Shown here in pieces: positions 41,931 through 56,005 of a DNA stretch of 64,000 nt. Numbering within the stretch: the stretch's first letter is position 1; every line of letters starts with the position of its first letter. The notes under the pieces were generated by a model. It searched no databases and was not told where the DNA came from. It worked only from the letters and a program-made list of their open reading frames with translations. This stretch comes from Lytechinus pictus. Taxonomy: Eukaryota. Location of the stretch: NCBI RefSeq assembly GCF_037042905.1, contig NC_087245.1:31126001-31190000 (forward strand), given 5' to 3'. The translations under genes were made by a program, and so were the position numbers.

Positions 41931-42097
41931 GTTGAATATGATGGCGCTCTTCAATCTCTCAAGATTGTTCGCGCCAGTCGCTTTCGGAAGTAATGGGACT
42001 TCGGCAAAGAAAAACCTATGTGAAGTCTAACCATTTGGCGACGATTTTAATAAAGATTACTCACCCATCCACTTGTTAGTAGGTCCTACAAAATTTC

Positions 42098-42114
42098 ATA
42101 TATATATTCATATG

Positions 42115-42207
<93 letters not shown>
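42098..42207. repeat. (TA)n microsatellite
   Basis: Direct inspection. Confidence 0.95.
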
Positions 42208-42210
<3 letters not shown>

Positions 42211-43200
42211 TTATTGACAAAATAATATCATGTGTGCTACATGATTGCTCATAGAAAAGGGCATGCTAACCAAAACGATTACTAATTGAGTTGTTGCATA
42301 TAGGCCTATATAAAACTTAGTAGATTTGATTTGATTTATTTTCTTCTGCATCCGTATACAATACAATTTTCATTACGTAACATACATATCGGTAATTGAT
42401 TTGGTATGAATCATAAAGAAAAAAAAATACTAAATGAAAAAGTCATTCTAAACAAATATGATTTACTACCAAAAAAAAAAAACATTTACAGGCGCAGGAC
42501 AAGGATTGTCATTATTAGCAGATCGCTTGAAAAAATGACAACCCCGGAATAAAACTAATTGAATTAATAGATACATTTATAAAGCAAAATGGAAATTTTA
42601 TTTTGTTCATAATTTTATAATGATGAAGATAGAAATGATAATAATGAGGATGATGGTGATAATGGTGAAAATGAAGGTCACATAATAGTCGGGGTAAGTT
42701 AACAATAAGTTCTTTAAACATAATGCGTCTCTCTTTTTCATATTAAAAAATAAATAAAATGTAATGTTCAATAGTTTTTTTTTAATGTATACCTCACAGA
42801 GGCCTGACGACTTTATTTTGAGACTTATAATAGTTTAATTTACCTACTCTTAATTTGTAAATTGCTTGCAGTTTATGGCCGTCAAAGGATGGCGCTATAC
42901 AGCTGTTCTTAGCGGTTCGCTTTCCTGGCAGTATGTTGGCAGGTCTGCTACATCAGAGAAAGGAAGAGAGAGACCGTGGGGGATAAAAAATTATGAGGGC
43001 CTACGTCTTTCTTTCAAGCAAGGAAAGAAAGAGCCCGGCATTAACCTCTCGTCATCAGCCTCCTTTGGCAGCGGGGTTTTCCGGGAGTTTTCCGCCTGTC
43101 CAGTTATCAGCTCATTATGAATCAAATGCACAGTGAAATCATGGGGGGGGGTAGTAAAAGAAGCCCAAAAGTAATAAATGGGGAGGTAGAAGTGGAGCTT

Positions 43201-43252
43201 CACGTGGGAGAGCCAATCACGCCTCTCGTACAGACAGTGACGTCATTTAAAA
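43201..43252 (+). promoter_or_regulatory. Promoter-like motif cluster: E-box, CCAAT, CRE, TTTAAAA
   Basis: CACGTG 43201; AGCCAATCA 43211; TGACGTCA 43238-43245; TTTAAAA 43246. Confidence 0.4.
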
Positions 43253-44084
43253 AATCCCCAATTTCGCGGACATAATTCTGCGTGTTTGAAGCATTCAAAG
43301 AGAGAACTTTAAACTATCAATTAACTGAGTTTCATCGGTCTCCATGATAAATTTTTACGACTTTCAATATATTTCTACTTTAAGACTGTGAACATGGTGA
43401 AAGAAAATGAATGTTGATGACGCAAAAAAAAGCCACCATCACCATCACCACCACCACAATAGATCGATTTTGTGTAGGTTTCCAGATGTCAGTACAGTCA
43501 GTTACATCCAAGAAAAAGGGACAAGGAACAGAGAGAGGCGGGAACCCCCCCCCCCCCGGGCACCTGCGAAATACTCTGAATACATTTCCCCCTTTTTTAT
43601 TCTTATTTTTGCGTTTTATTGCCCCCATAGTCCTGTGATATTACACCTATTGTTTCCCTCCTGAAGGAAGTGATCTGAAAGAATTCTTGGCAAGTACTTC
43701 CGGCCTAAAAAGTGAAAGTCATTTTGGTCCAGGGCAGAATTCGTGGTAAAAGTGTGTGACCAAGGGAGTAATGTATTCCAATATTTATCAAAATAATGAT
43801 TTCCAGTTGCATATCCAGTTGAAAAAATATATAGATATACAACTGGAACCATGCAGATAAGGATAGCTTTTACCAATGTCAAGTATTCGAAACACTTATT
43901 TAGGGGTGGGTGATTGAAATATTGGAAGAGTTCATTATTTCAAGTGTATTCATACCTACAGTTTAAGATATTTTTCATTACTTTCATTGAAATTAACATT
44001 TTTTTTTTAATTTTTCATCATTTACAGAATAATTTTGTAATAAAAGAATATGAATAGGCCTATAGAAGACGCAATTCCACTATA

Positions 44085-46674
44085 CAGTGCGTCCCACAAA
44101 AAACGAAACCGAGATTTATCGATGATTTATCATAACTTAATCTCAAATACAATAGACAAATGACCTACCATTGTAAAGCTTATAGAATCTCCTCTTTCAT
44201 CTGAAATTACTTAGATTATTTCTCATTCACGCATGGGTGAGCAAAAACAGTTTGAAGAGGGGATACCAAAAAGTCATTTAGCGGGATGTATCTGGGGTGC
44301 CGGGTAAAAATGGCAGAAGTAAAAATGGCAGAGGAAAAATGGCAGAGGTAATAATGGCAGAGGTAAAAATTGCAAAGGTAAAAATGGCAGAGGTAAAAAT
44401 GGCAAATGTAATAATGGCAAAGGTAAAAATGGCAAAGGTAAAAATGGCAGAGGTAAAAATGGCAGAGATAAAAATGGCAGAGGTAAATATGGCAGAGGTA
44501 AAAATGGCAGAGGTAAAAGTGGCAGAGGTAAAAATAGCAGAGGTAATAATAGCAGAGGTAAAATGGCAGAGGCATAAATGACAGAGGTAAAGATTATGAC
44601 ATGCTAAATCAACTAGGAAGACAGAGCCTTTCCGGTTAATATCAGTCATAATTATTGAACTTGAATGGACTCCTCTCGACAAAATGAGTATTATGAACTG
44701 ATTTGATATTATATGGTTATTTGTCATCATTTTAGGTATATACTTTATAGGTCTAAACTCAAAAATTTTCATGCCAAAATTATTTCAATTAGTGATTGAT
44801 GAAAGTATTCATCTTGGCCAGTTCGTATATGGTAGAACAGCACTTCATCCCATACACTAAACAAATTTTAATGTAAACACCAATGTGCGTTACCATTGAC
44901 ACAAAAGTTCGGGATTTCTTTGAACCACTTGCATAACTTGAATAACCGAAAAATAACAAAACGCTCTGTAATAAAAGTAATTTTTATATTTCAACATCAT
45001 AATGGATCCGAATAGATATTGATATGATACGCATGTACAGTAGTTTAATGTAAATGATATAATAATAGCAACTAGTGTTCAGTTTTTCAGAGCAATACCT
45101 CATTGCACCTAGTCCAAGTGGATGTCAGGTTCCTAAACTAGTTTCTATGGTAACGGTTACCGCATAAATTTTGAAATGTGTAGCAAATCAGGGATTTAAA
45201 TTAAAGGGGTTTCTTAGGTACCATTCTATCGACCTATTTTTAAGTGGAAATTCATCCTGACAAATGGTTTACTGTAAAATTAGCCAAAAAATATATTGGT
45301 GGTTTGCGGAAAGTCCATCATAAGAAAGTTATTGGAAGTTTGAGTTTTTGATCTGTGACGTCATATACTAGCAGCTGCCCCGTATTTTATGCACCAAAAT
45401 ATATACTTTTAATTTTTTAAATCAGTGGTTCATGATTGCCAAAAAATTCTTTCAGGAGCGGATGTGAAATGATGTGTATGTTGATATATTTAAGGTACAA
45501 TAAAAACCATTTTCATTTTTTTAAGAAAATGACATTTCATTTATATTTATTGTTACACCATATGTGGGAAAAACTGCTCGGAAATGACGTCGCCGTTAAA
45601 ATGTAAAATTCTTTTTGCTTTTTTAATCTTTGATAGATTCCCTAAAACCCCCACCAATATCATTTTAATTATTTTCTGCTATTTCTACAATAAACTTTAC
45701 GTCAGTGTGAATTTCCCCTGTAATGAATTAAGTGTAATACTTGGGGTCCAAAGTGTGCTTCAAATTTGAGTATTAGAAGAGCGATTTGACATAAGACCGT
45801 GCATGTAAGTCCGGAAAAATAAGAAATACCAACTCAAGTGTTATCAATTTGGTGCAGAAGATCTACAGTATCATTTAAAAATGTTACCCTTTCCATTAGT
45901 CAAACATTATATTTCCAATTTTCTTCTCAGAACCTTTCTTAATCTACTGTATGCATGGAGGAGATTTTGGATTTTTGGCATGGGGGTTTATACCTCTGTC
46001 ATTTTTACCTCTGCCATTTTTACCTATGCCATTTTTACCTCTGCCATTTTTACCTCTGCCATTATTACACGGAGCCGTATCTGGGTGTCAAAAAGAAAAC
46101 CACATTAAAAAAATCAATATCTGCTCTTTAATTTGATACCTCAACTACAGAAAATGGTCAAGAAATAACAAAGTTCTGGTTATTTAAAATAAGGCTTGAA
46201 TTTCAATAATTTCATAAAATGAAGAGGTTCTACAGGCTAGCGTTCAAACTCACTTGACACTCCGTTTTGTTGACGATCAGCCATGCATTAGGTCTTTTGT
46301 TAACCATGCGATAGCTTCTGTCATGTCTTTGGGAAACCGGTGAAAACACAAGCATTGTTTCGAGGGAACATAACTTTTTTACTTCTTGACCATATTTTGT
46401 GATTAAGGTATCAAATAAAAGAACAGATATTGAACTTTTTAGGCATGTGATTTTCTTTTTGAAATTCAGATACCCCCCGCCAAATGAGTTTTTGGTATCC
46501 TTTCTTCAAATAGTTTTTGCTCACTCATGCGTGAATGAGGAATAGTCTAAGTAATATCAGATGAAAGAGGAGATTCTAAGCTTTACATTGGTAGGTCATT
46601 GGTCTATTGTATTTGTGATTAAGTTATGATAAATCATCGCTTAATCTCGGTTTCGTTTTTTCTGGGACGCACTG
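44085..46674. mobile_element. Tc1/mariner-like non-autonomous element
   Basis: TA-CAGTGCGTCCCA...TGGGACGCACTG-TA; long TIRs of about 200-300 bp. Confidence 0.85.
44296..46076. mobile_element. Foldback/TU-like element with 15-bp tandem subrepeats (GGTAAAAATGGCAGA) in its inverted termini
   Basis: 8-bp TSD GTATCTGG (44288-44295 and 46077-46084); arrays at about 44302-44590 and, inverted, about 45990-46070. Confidence 0.8.
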
Positions 46675-47713
46675 TATAAAGCAATGTAGCTTGTGGCGAG
46701 ATACGCCCGTCAAAACATAATGCATTACAATATATACATTTTCCTATCTTTGTATCATGCTTTTCCACATTCTGTCACTAATATTTTTCTTCTTTGTGTT
46801 TTTTTTTGGGGGGGGGTGCGGGGGGCCCATGTTAACCAATCGTCATCTTTTTCCAACAATACATTTATGCAGTGCATTTATGGAAGGGGAGATATAAGTA
46901 ATCTCAAACGAAAGATGCACTTTAGAACCCTGAATAATGGAGAGGGGCGGTGTCACGAACCCTTGTCACCCACATATTGCTTTTCCGATTTAAGTCGGTC
47001 TGCGCTCTCCACAGTCATTTCCACATTGCACCTGCAACATGTGCAAACGGGGTCATTTGAAGATAAAACACTCTGGTTTATGGATGCATGAAGGGTACTT
47101 GAAAAAACATGGGAATATATCGTGAAAAGGATATTATATCTCCACCATTCTAACAATATCTGTGGAGGATTCAGCTCGAGCTACATGCAGAGTCATATGT
47201 GAGTATTTAGTCATCTTTGATTGAAAAATTATTAAAAAAAAACTTTGTTGTACGTTGAGGTTGGATTGTTCCGGTGAATCTTGCATTAATTTTGTTTGCA
47301 GGCTTTATTGCCTGAATTCAATTTCCCTTTTGCTATGCAAATAGTTTGCTGCTCAAAGTCAATATCTTTACATGATCTTCTTCATCAGCCAACATATACT
47401 CAGATTGGAAAGAAACATGGATCTATAAGTCTGGCGTTCAGTTTTCTTTTAATCAACAGTTGATAGTTTATATTAAAGCCAACCAAACTCATTTGTAGTT
47501 TGAAAAAAAATGTCGTACCCTCCCCCCACTCCCGCCGAGAAATATCTACAAAACTAAACGGCAATCAATATCTGCATGCAGAATTAATTTGCTTTTTTTT
47601 TTGTAATCCTCAGTTGTAATAGGCGCATAGTCACTTTTAAGGTTTTTTTTTAAACAAACTAACCCCCCCCCCCCCAAAAAAAAAAAAAAAAAAAAAAAAA
47701 GAGAAGAAGAAGT

Positions 47714-47915
47714 GAGGCGCGATAGCTCAGTCGGTAGAGCGGGGGTTTCGGATTCCAGTGACCCGGGTTTGATTCCCAAGTGGTGCCCTTTGGTAAGGCA
47801 TTTATCCTGATATACCATAGGTCCCTCGGAGAGGACCTTAAGCCGTTGGTCCCCTGATTGCTTGCTCACAGGCATTCGTGCTTTCTTAGCAGTCAGGTAT
47901 ATAAAAAACCTCGGT
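47714..47915 (+). mobile_element. tRNA-derived SINE (second family)
   Basis: A box TAGCTCAGTCGG, B box GGTTTGATTCC, then CCCTTTGGTAAGGCATTTATCC body and an A-rich end. Confidence 0.75.
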
Positions 47916-49866
47916 ATAAAAAAAAAGAGAGATATAGGGAGACGATTTTGATGAGATTTCGGTCCATTAAGGGACAACGAGATTGCCCTTTCCTCAGGAC
48001 TGATATTGTAAACAAAAGATGTACATCGAAAGTGGACAAGCCCCCCCCCCCCCCCCGGAACGCCACCAATGTCTACCCATGGACCTATATACTACAACTG
48101 CAAAAGTTATAATTGTATACAATGGTATCTAAACCACTTCATCACATCCTGGATTGGGGATAATCTGTCGTATCACCTTCCGGTTGCCCGCCCAATCATT
48201 GTTTATCTTGCAAGCAATAATCAGACATACGTATAATAGGCGGGCGGTTGAAGGCGGGGGCGGGGGGGGGGGGGGGGTATAGGCTTATCTCTCTGATATT
48301 ATTTTGTTTACTTTATGGGGGAAAATATCATATACAGTGCCTATCTCGATTTATATTGTTTGTACACGTTTTATTTGCCATTGTCATTGTAAATACTGGG
48401 CATTCCAATTTGTTCTGTTGAAATGAAAATTATTTCTTTTTTTAATTTGAAATTTGAAATAAAATTATCGATACCACACAGACGCTTACAATGCTTGCTA
48501 ATCTCACTCATTTTCGTAGATATATAGGCCCTATACATACAAGTCTTATGAAAATTCATCATTATATCGATGCATGTACTGGTATGATTTAAGCATAAAA
48601 TGCTGCGGGCTTGTGAAATTGAAATAGACGTAATAATGTCGTTCCATAAACATTGATTCATAGTATATGCTGGTATTATGCAGAAATCTACCCCGATCCG
48701 TACAATGGTCTTTAGTAACCTCTAATGTTTGTAAAGTATCAACAGATGCTGTAAAGTATAAAGAATATATGAAATATTTTTATTTTTTTATCTTTCACCT
48801 GTAGAACCCTATTTCTTCAATATGTTTATTTATAAATAATCGATATTCTTCTATATACATGCCTTTATTTTCATTCTTATTCTCATTAATACCATCTTCA
48901 TTTTATTTCATGATTATCTATATTATCACTAATTTATTCATGTTTTCTTATACATGTATTTTTTATTTATTTATTTATGTATTTATTTATTTATTTGTTT
49001 ATTTATTCATTCATTAATTTATTTATTAATTCATTTATTTTATTCATTCATTTATTTAATTATTTCTTTATTTATTCATTCGTTTGTTCAATTATTTTGT
49101 TAAATTATTTATCTATTTATCATTTATTTATGTAGTTATTTATCTATTTATTTATTCATTTATCTATCTATTCATTTAGGGGCATGGGCCAGGAGCCCAT
49201 GCATGGTTAGAAGTACAAGCATGGAGGTAGTCTACCTCCATGGTACAAGTAACGATGGCTAATATAGCATTACCGAAAGTCTTCAATCTGACCCAGGTTC
49301 AATTCACATCTCATTTAATGCAATATACTGAGCACTGTTGTCATGTAATAAAGAGAAATTACAATCCCCACTCCCTGATTGAACACACTTACTCAATTCA
49401 ATAAATCTGTACCGCCAGAAGCGCCATAAGCCAAAATTTCTAAGGGGCTGGACATGGCGTGTGGGGCAAAATTTCTATTTGTATACACTGACACCCCCCT
49501 CCCCCATTTTCTGTGATGGATTTTGACGTAATATCCAGAAAAATATATTGCATTCACCCCTTTTTCTTTCATTTCCTCTATTCCCTCCTATTTTCTTGGT
49601 CGTGAAACATTTTTTTTTCGGGAGGCATGGCCCCAATCGCCCCCATTTGCAGGCCATATACCGCGATGATTATGGTAAATCAAGTGCTTTTCATCTCAAA
49701 CCATTTCAGCTTCTCTTTACAAATAAAAAATATGGGCTAATTCATTTTCTGTATTATCAATATTTATCTCAAAGGATTAAGTACATTAGCTACTTAGAGT
49801 CGATGAGAGACCATATAGATTATTGATCACTTAAAAATATATATTATAGCAATAGCTAATGTATAT

Positions 49867-50118
49867 CAGTGGCGGATTCAGGGGGGGGGAGGGGACATCC
49901 GGTCCGTGCCTCCCCTCCTTGAGATCCATATTCAATATTTTTAATATAAATGCGCCGTTCTTACACAAGTGAGCCCCCTTAAAAGTTGCAGCATATATTT
50001 TTAATGGGACTTTGTCGATCAAACACAAGTGAGGTCCTTTTTCTTTTTTTCTTGTCAATCAAATTTCCTCGGAAAAATGTGCCCCCCCCCCTATTTGAAA
50101 ATTCTGGATCCGCCCCAG
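49867..50118. mobile_element. hAT-like MITE
   Basis: CAGTGGCGGATTCAG...CTGGATCCGCCCCAG termini. Confidence 0.55.
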
Positions 50119-51061
50119 AGTGGTAGGTACGAGCATCGCTAGGTATATGTTAAGCATGGCGACCTGTATCTCCATGTAGGCTAACATGTCATGAAAACCC
50201 AAAGTGCAGCAGAGGGGTTATTACAAGCTAACAATTCCCTATTGTATTCAGATTAGAATGTGCGCAATGGCCAATGCAGCATTGAAAACGATGGGTTTTT
50301 ACAAATGATACATATCCCCCCCCCCCTTTCGAATTAAATTGGTATATACCGGATTTGTGATTCAAGAAAAGTTTCGTAACTACGCGGGGGGGGGGGGGGT
50401 ACGTGGGAGCGGCATGGGGCTATTCCCCCGTGCACTCTGTCGCTCTCCTAGAAAGTGGGGATGGGCGAAGGAGGGAAAAGAAATATATCCAATTGTACAT
50501 GTTTTTGGGGAAAATGCTGGAACATAATTTGCAAAGACTCCCTGTATGTATAACCAAGGAACAACTAGGCCTATATATACCCTCCGAAAATTACCCCTTC
50601 TCGAGGACCATCATAAAAAGTTGTAAAAACAAGAAAAATTGGACAAGGCTGTTGTAAAAACTTGTCAATCAATCTACCCATGGATACTTCAAATTAATTG
50701 GACTCATTGGCGATGATTTTTTTGTATTACTTTTTTTATTACTGCCCCAGCAGAAATAGATACTTTTTAGGAGAAAACCACAAATCTCCGGATAATTAAT
50801 TAGGCCTGACCTAAGGGAAATTGCCCATACACTTGTCATAATTTATTCATTCAGCTGCCAATCGACATAGAAATCTCAGGTAGAACAGCCATATCTTTCT
50901 TGTCTATATAGTTTCTTAAGAAATCTCCATTCTCTTTTACTTATTTGATCTCCTCTCACACTGAAATTTAATTCATAACAATTCAATGGCAAATCAATTT
51001 TGATGGCAAATCAATTTAAGTCTCAAGTCTCAAAATTGTTGTGCATTAGAGAAGTTTCACC

Positions 51062-51207
51062 CAGGGGCGAATCCCGGATTTTCCAAACGGGGGGGGGGGG
51101 GGGGGGGGGAATATTTTCCCTAGGAATATTGGACAGGCAAAAAAAAATTCTACTAAAAAATGAAGGTCATTGAAGGTGCCCACTCCCCCCTTCTGGATCC
51201 GCCACTG
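51062..51207. mobile_element. hAT-like MITE
   Basis: CAGGGGCGAATCC...GGATCCGCCACTG termini; 8-bp TSD GTTTCACC. Confidence 0.8.
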
Positions 51208-52520
51208 GTTTCACCGACACGAGTGATGTCGGTATAGGGGCAGGGCAATAAATCGAGGTTTTGAAGCACAGAAAAAGTGCCCTTTTTACGCAAGAAAATG
51301 CCCCCACACGGACGTGTACTGTGCCCCTTTAACCCGAGGAGGACTCGTTTTTGGTGTTACCAAGTGCCCTATAGCTTTCTCGTATTAGTGCCCATTTTTA
51401 CGAAAAAAGCCCCCTCTCAAATGTGTTCTGTGCCCCTTTTGCCTGAGAAGGACCCATTTCATGTGTGAGCAAGTGCTTCCTTGCCTTCTTGTAAGTGCCC
51501 TTTCTCGAATCAGTGCCCCTTTTCACACACGAAATTAAGAGCCCCTCACGAACGTGTTCTGCGCCCCATTAACCTGAGGACCCGTTTCACAATTATTAAC
51601 GATCGAGTGCCCATTTGAAACAATTAAGGAACATTCTCCGTTTCACGTTATGACTTATGAAGGAAAAAAACTTGTAAGAATAATCCTGTGCCTTGAGTTT
51701 CACGAGTCATGTGAGTGGGGTAGATACTCGCAGTGGCGTTGGCCTACATATGAGTGGGAGGCTTGGGGGCTATTGCCCCCCCCCCCCCAAATAAAAAAAA
51801 TCAAGACCAAGAAAAAGGGAAAGAAAAGGAAATAGAAAATAGTGAAATATGATATCATTTTCTGAATAAATTATGTCAAAATCTATCACAAAATTGGATT
51901 TTCTTCATAAAAATGTCAAAATTTGTGCTTGCTCGCAAATTCTTATATATTATATATATAGTCTAATTATAGTTATAAAATTAATGATACGACAAATCCC
52001 TTTTCGAAAGAAAATGTGCCCTATTTTCCCTGTGCCCCCCTCCCCCCTTCAACTTCGCTCCGCCGCCCCCGCGGAAAAAAACAAAAACTGAGTTGTCGAG
52101 AAAAATGTAAATATTTCATCCCGGGCATCTCGAGCGAGATGCATATTCGCTGCTGGCCGTACGTCGAACGCGCGCCCGGCCTCGGCGCGGCGCGCGCGCT
52201 TGCATTGCGCTATATTTGCGTGATGAAATCGGCTCATTTGTGTTGCCATAATCAGCGGCAGGGCAATCAAAAGGAAAGGTTGGGAAATTCGTGTCGTAAA
52301 TGTTCCGCTTGGGGAATAGGAGAACCAAACGCCTGACTCTAATTCAAATAAAGTGGAATATCAGAAGTGACAGAGTTTAAATTTGCCTGTTTTAAAGTAT
52401 AGACATGGTAGGTCTACTGAAAAACGATTTTTTACATCATGATCATTGTTATTTTATTAGGTGACAAAGGCCGACGTACGAAGCCCCAAACCGGACATTT
52501 TTGACAACCAAAAAAAAAAA

Positions 52521-52863
52521 ATTATCACGTACGTACGTAGTATTATTACGTACGTACGTGATAATTATTACGTACGTACGCAGTATTATTGCGTACGTAC
52601 GTGATAATTATTACGTACGTACGTGATAATTATTACGTACGTACGCAGTATTATTACGTACGTACGCAGTATTATTACGTACGTACGCAGTATTATTACG
52701 TACGTACGCAGTATTATTACGTACGTACGTGATAATTATTACGTACGTACGCAGTATTATCACGTACGTACGCAGTATTATTACGTACGTACGTGATAAT
52801 TATTACGTACGTACGCAGTATTATTACGTACGTACGCAGTATTATTACGTACGTACGTAGTAT
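52521..52863. repeat. Minisatellite with units TATTATTACGTACGTACGCAG and TAATTATTACGTACGTACGTGA, left arm
   Basis: Direct inspection. Confidence 0.95.
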
Positions 52864-53030
52864 TCTAATTTTCATTGGTCTATGGAATCCGATATTCGCC
52901 GAATGTGGCCGACATCGGCACCCCGCATTGGCCCAACCAACGTCAGCTTGCTAGCTGGGACCATGGTTGGACCATAGTCATGCTGGTGATGATCATGACT
53001 TTTCATCGATTATAGCTAGGGCCTATATAA

Positions 53031-54992
53031 CAGGGACTTGGGAACGATTTTTTCAGTGGGGGTGCTGAAATCTCTCCTCAAAGGTGGGGGGGACACAATA
53101 ATTGAATTTTCCATAATTACACACACACACACACCTCTAAGGGCACCACACACACACCAACCAATCCTCCCCCACACACACATATATATATATATATACA
53201 TATATATGACAGTCACTTCTTAGCTTTCTTCTTATAAAAGAACATAGATATATAATGAGATAAGTCGAGCGCGATCGAAACGCGAGCTATTTTTTTTTGG
53301 GGGAAATTCATGTATTTTGTCCTGAAAAATTGAAACTCCACACTGAATGCAATATGGTTTGAACAGATAAAGAGAAATCAGGCGAACATAAGAATAAAGA
53401 TTTGATCAAAATCCGACAAGGAATATCAAAGTTATTGCATTTTAAAGATTAGCATTATTCCGGTGAAACAGTTTTAAGCATGTCTTCATTAATATTCAGT
53501 GAGCAAACTGATGATGTCATATCCCCAATTGTTCTTTTGTATTTTATTATATAAAATTAGGTTTATTTGATATTTTCCCTTCAAGAACCAAAAAACAGTT
53601 GAATTGACAACTGATTTAGTCTATTAGATATTCTTTGCTGCAACTTATTTCATTATAAGGGAGACATATCATTCACACTGGTATGAAAAAATTAAACAAT
53701 TTTGATTCCATGTAATAACACAAGAAACAGGATAGTGGGGATGTGATATCTTCAACCCGCAAGGGCGGAAATCCCAGAGGGGACAGGGGGACGTGTCCCC
53801 CCTACCAAAAATAGTAGGGGGACACAATATCAAATGCCCCCTACTATTTTTGGTCTTTCATGGAGAAAAATACATCACTTCACAATCGAAATAATAGCTT
53901 TTGGACTAAATGACCTTACATTTTGGGTGAAAAACTTTTTTTTCTTTTTTTTATGCTTGTCAAATTTTCCATGCAGGCCCTGGTCCCTCTACCTTTGGGA
54001 AGAGATTTCCGCACATGTCAACCCACCTATTTAATATTCATGACGACATGCATATCACCATAAACTATTGCTAAACTTTAGAATTAAATAACTTAACTAT
54101 TTGTTATCAGATTTTCATAAAATTGTATTTGATATAAATATTTTCAGCCCGGAGTAGCCCCAAAACAAGCTGCGTATCTGAATAAACATGCGTGCGCGTG
54201 TTTAGAGTTAGCCCTTTAGTATCTGGGCGTTGTAAATACTTTGTTTTTATTATAAAAATCAATAATGCGAGCGCGAAGCACGAGCAGAAAATATTTGATA
54301 TTCCGATTTGAAAAAGGGTGAATTTAAACACTATTTTAAGTACTGTGTCGGAAAATTCTTAAGGGGGTGGGGGTCTACAAAACGTCGTTCATTTTCATTA
54401 CATTTCTGTCATTCATCAACTTACCACTAGATTTCCAGGAGGTGTTGCCTATGGAAAATAACACATGCAGCACCCCCACATTTTGGGGTGCTTCACCCCC
54501 AGCACCCCCGCTTCCCAGGGCCATGGGGCAGGGCGAAAAAGACTGAAATTTGATTTTTATTGTCTGAATTGTAATTCTTTATACAAAACACGGGCGGTCG
54601 GGCTCGCCCACACTTGATTCGACATAAAACCCTCTAAGTTTCAAGTCCAACCACACCCTTGTCCCTCCCCGCTATCGAGTAGTCATGGTAGTGTGTAAAC
54701 TATAATGGTTATCACGTATCGCGCGCGACTACGTCTGTATCGGCGTGCCGGAGCTTGATTGAGTCGCGTTACATGTTATAGGAGGGATGTTATTGGAATA
54801 TGTGAAAGACGTTGTATGATTTGCGATTGTCGGATGTGATAATTATGTACATTATAACATATATAAAAAATACAAAGGGAACCTGATTTCGTGGGGGTGC
54901 TGCCTATGGAAAATAATACACGCAGCACCCCCAGGAAAAATTTTGGGGGTGCTTCAGCACCCCCAGCACCCCCGCGAGTTCCCAGGTCCCTG
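53031..54992. mobile_element. hAT-like element nested inside the IS3EU-like element
   Basis: CAGGGACTTGGGAAC...GTTCCCAGGTCCCTG termini; 8-bp TSD CTATATAA. Confidence 0.8.
53760..54017. mobile_element. hAT-like MITE nested in a Kolobok-like remnant
   Basis: CAAGGGCGGAAATC...GATTTCCGCACATG termini; TCAACCCG/TCAACCCA flanks. Confidence 0.6.
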
Positions 54993-55467
54993 CTATATAA
55001 TAACCCACAATATTCATATGATAACCATTTCATTTGTTCTCGTCATCAGGCTGTGTTTTCAATTAAACCATTCCTTTCAGAAACTGCTAGAAACACATTG
55101 GGGAAAGGACAATTAAAAGGCCTATTATGTTAGTGTTTTGGCGAGACAGTTTTTTTCAAAAATGTACCCACACGCGACACTGGGATGAGCCCCTATTATT
55201 TTACCACCCTTTTGAAACTGCTTCGTTCTCTGCTTAAATTTGAATATTAATTGATGTAAATTAAGTGAAGATGTATAGGTGTTTAAAAAAAGAAAAACTA
55301 TTTGAAGAGGCTGGTATTTAAAGGGAAATTCTATGCGGGAACAATCAAAGCAGAAGGCCTATTGTAGGCCCACATAAAAATTTAAAGCCTGCGGGCTTCG
55401 CGCTAGCGTGATCAGATTTCAGTAACTACCGGTATTTGAATTCATGTATGACCTTTTGGGAGATAAC

Positions 55468-56005
55468 ATTACGTACGTACGTAATAAATACTGCGTACGT
55501 ACGTGATAATACTGCGTACGTACGTACGTAATAATTATCACGTACGTACGTAATAATACTGCGTACGTACGTGATAATACTGCGTACGTACGTAATAATT
55601 ATCACGTACGTACGTAATAATACTGCGTACGTACGTAATAATACTGCGTACGTACGTAATAATTATCACGTACGTACGTAATAATACTGCGTACGTACGT
55701 GATAATACTGCGTACGTACGTAATAATTATCACGTACGTACGTAATAATACTGCGTACGTACGTAATAATACTGCGTACGTACGTAATAATTATCACGTA
55801 CGTACGTAATAATACTGCGTACGTACGTGATAATACTGCGTACGTACGTAATAATTATCACGTACGTACGTAATAATACTGCGTACGTACGTGATAATAC
55901 TGCGTACGTACGTAATAATTATCACGTACGTACGTAATAATACTGCGTACGTACGTAATAATATTACGTACGTACGTAATAATACTGCGTACGTACGTGA
56001 TAATT
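55468..56005. repeat. Same minisatellite in inverted orientation, right arm
   Basis: Direct inspection. Confidence 0.95.

Noticed and set aside
37968..41954. Poly-Ser/Leu/Tyr/Thr ORFs
   Set aside because: These are translations of (TAG)n microsatellites
44216..44772. Repetitive ORFs (MAEVK)n, (FYLCH)n, (FTSAI)n resembling pentapeptide-repeat proteins
   Set aside because: They arise from a 15-bp transposon subrepeat that is open in several frames
47714..47790. Possible tRNA gene
   Set aside because: A and B boxes are present but no convincing acceptor stem, and it runs into a SINE body
52521..56005. CRISPR-like appearance of the regular palindromic repeats
   Set aside because: There are no unique spacers and no cas genes; the arrays are inverted subterminal repeats of a transposon in eukaryotic DNA
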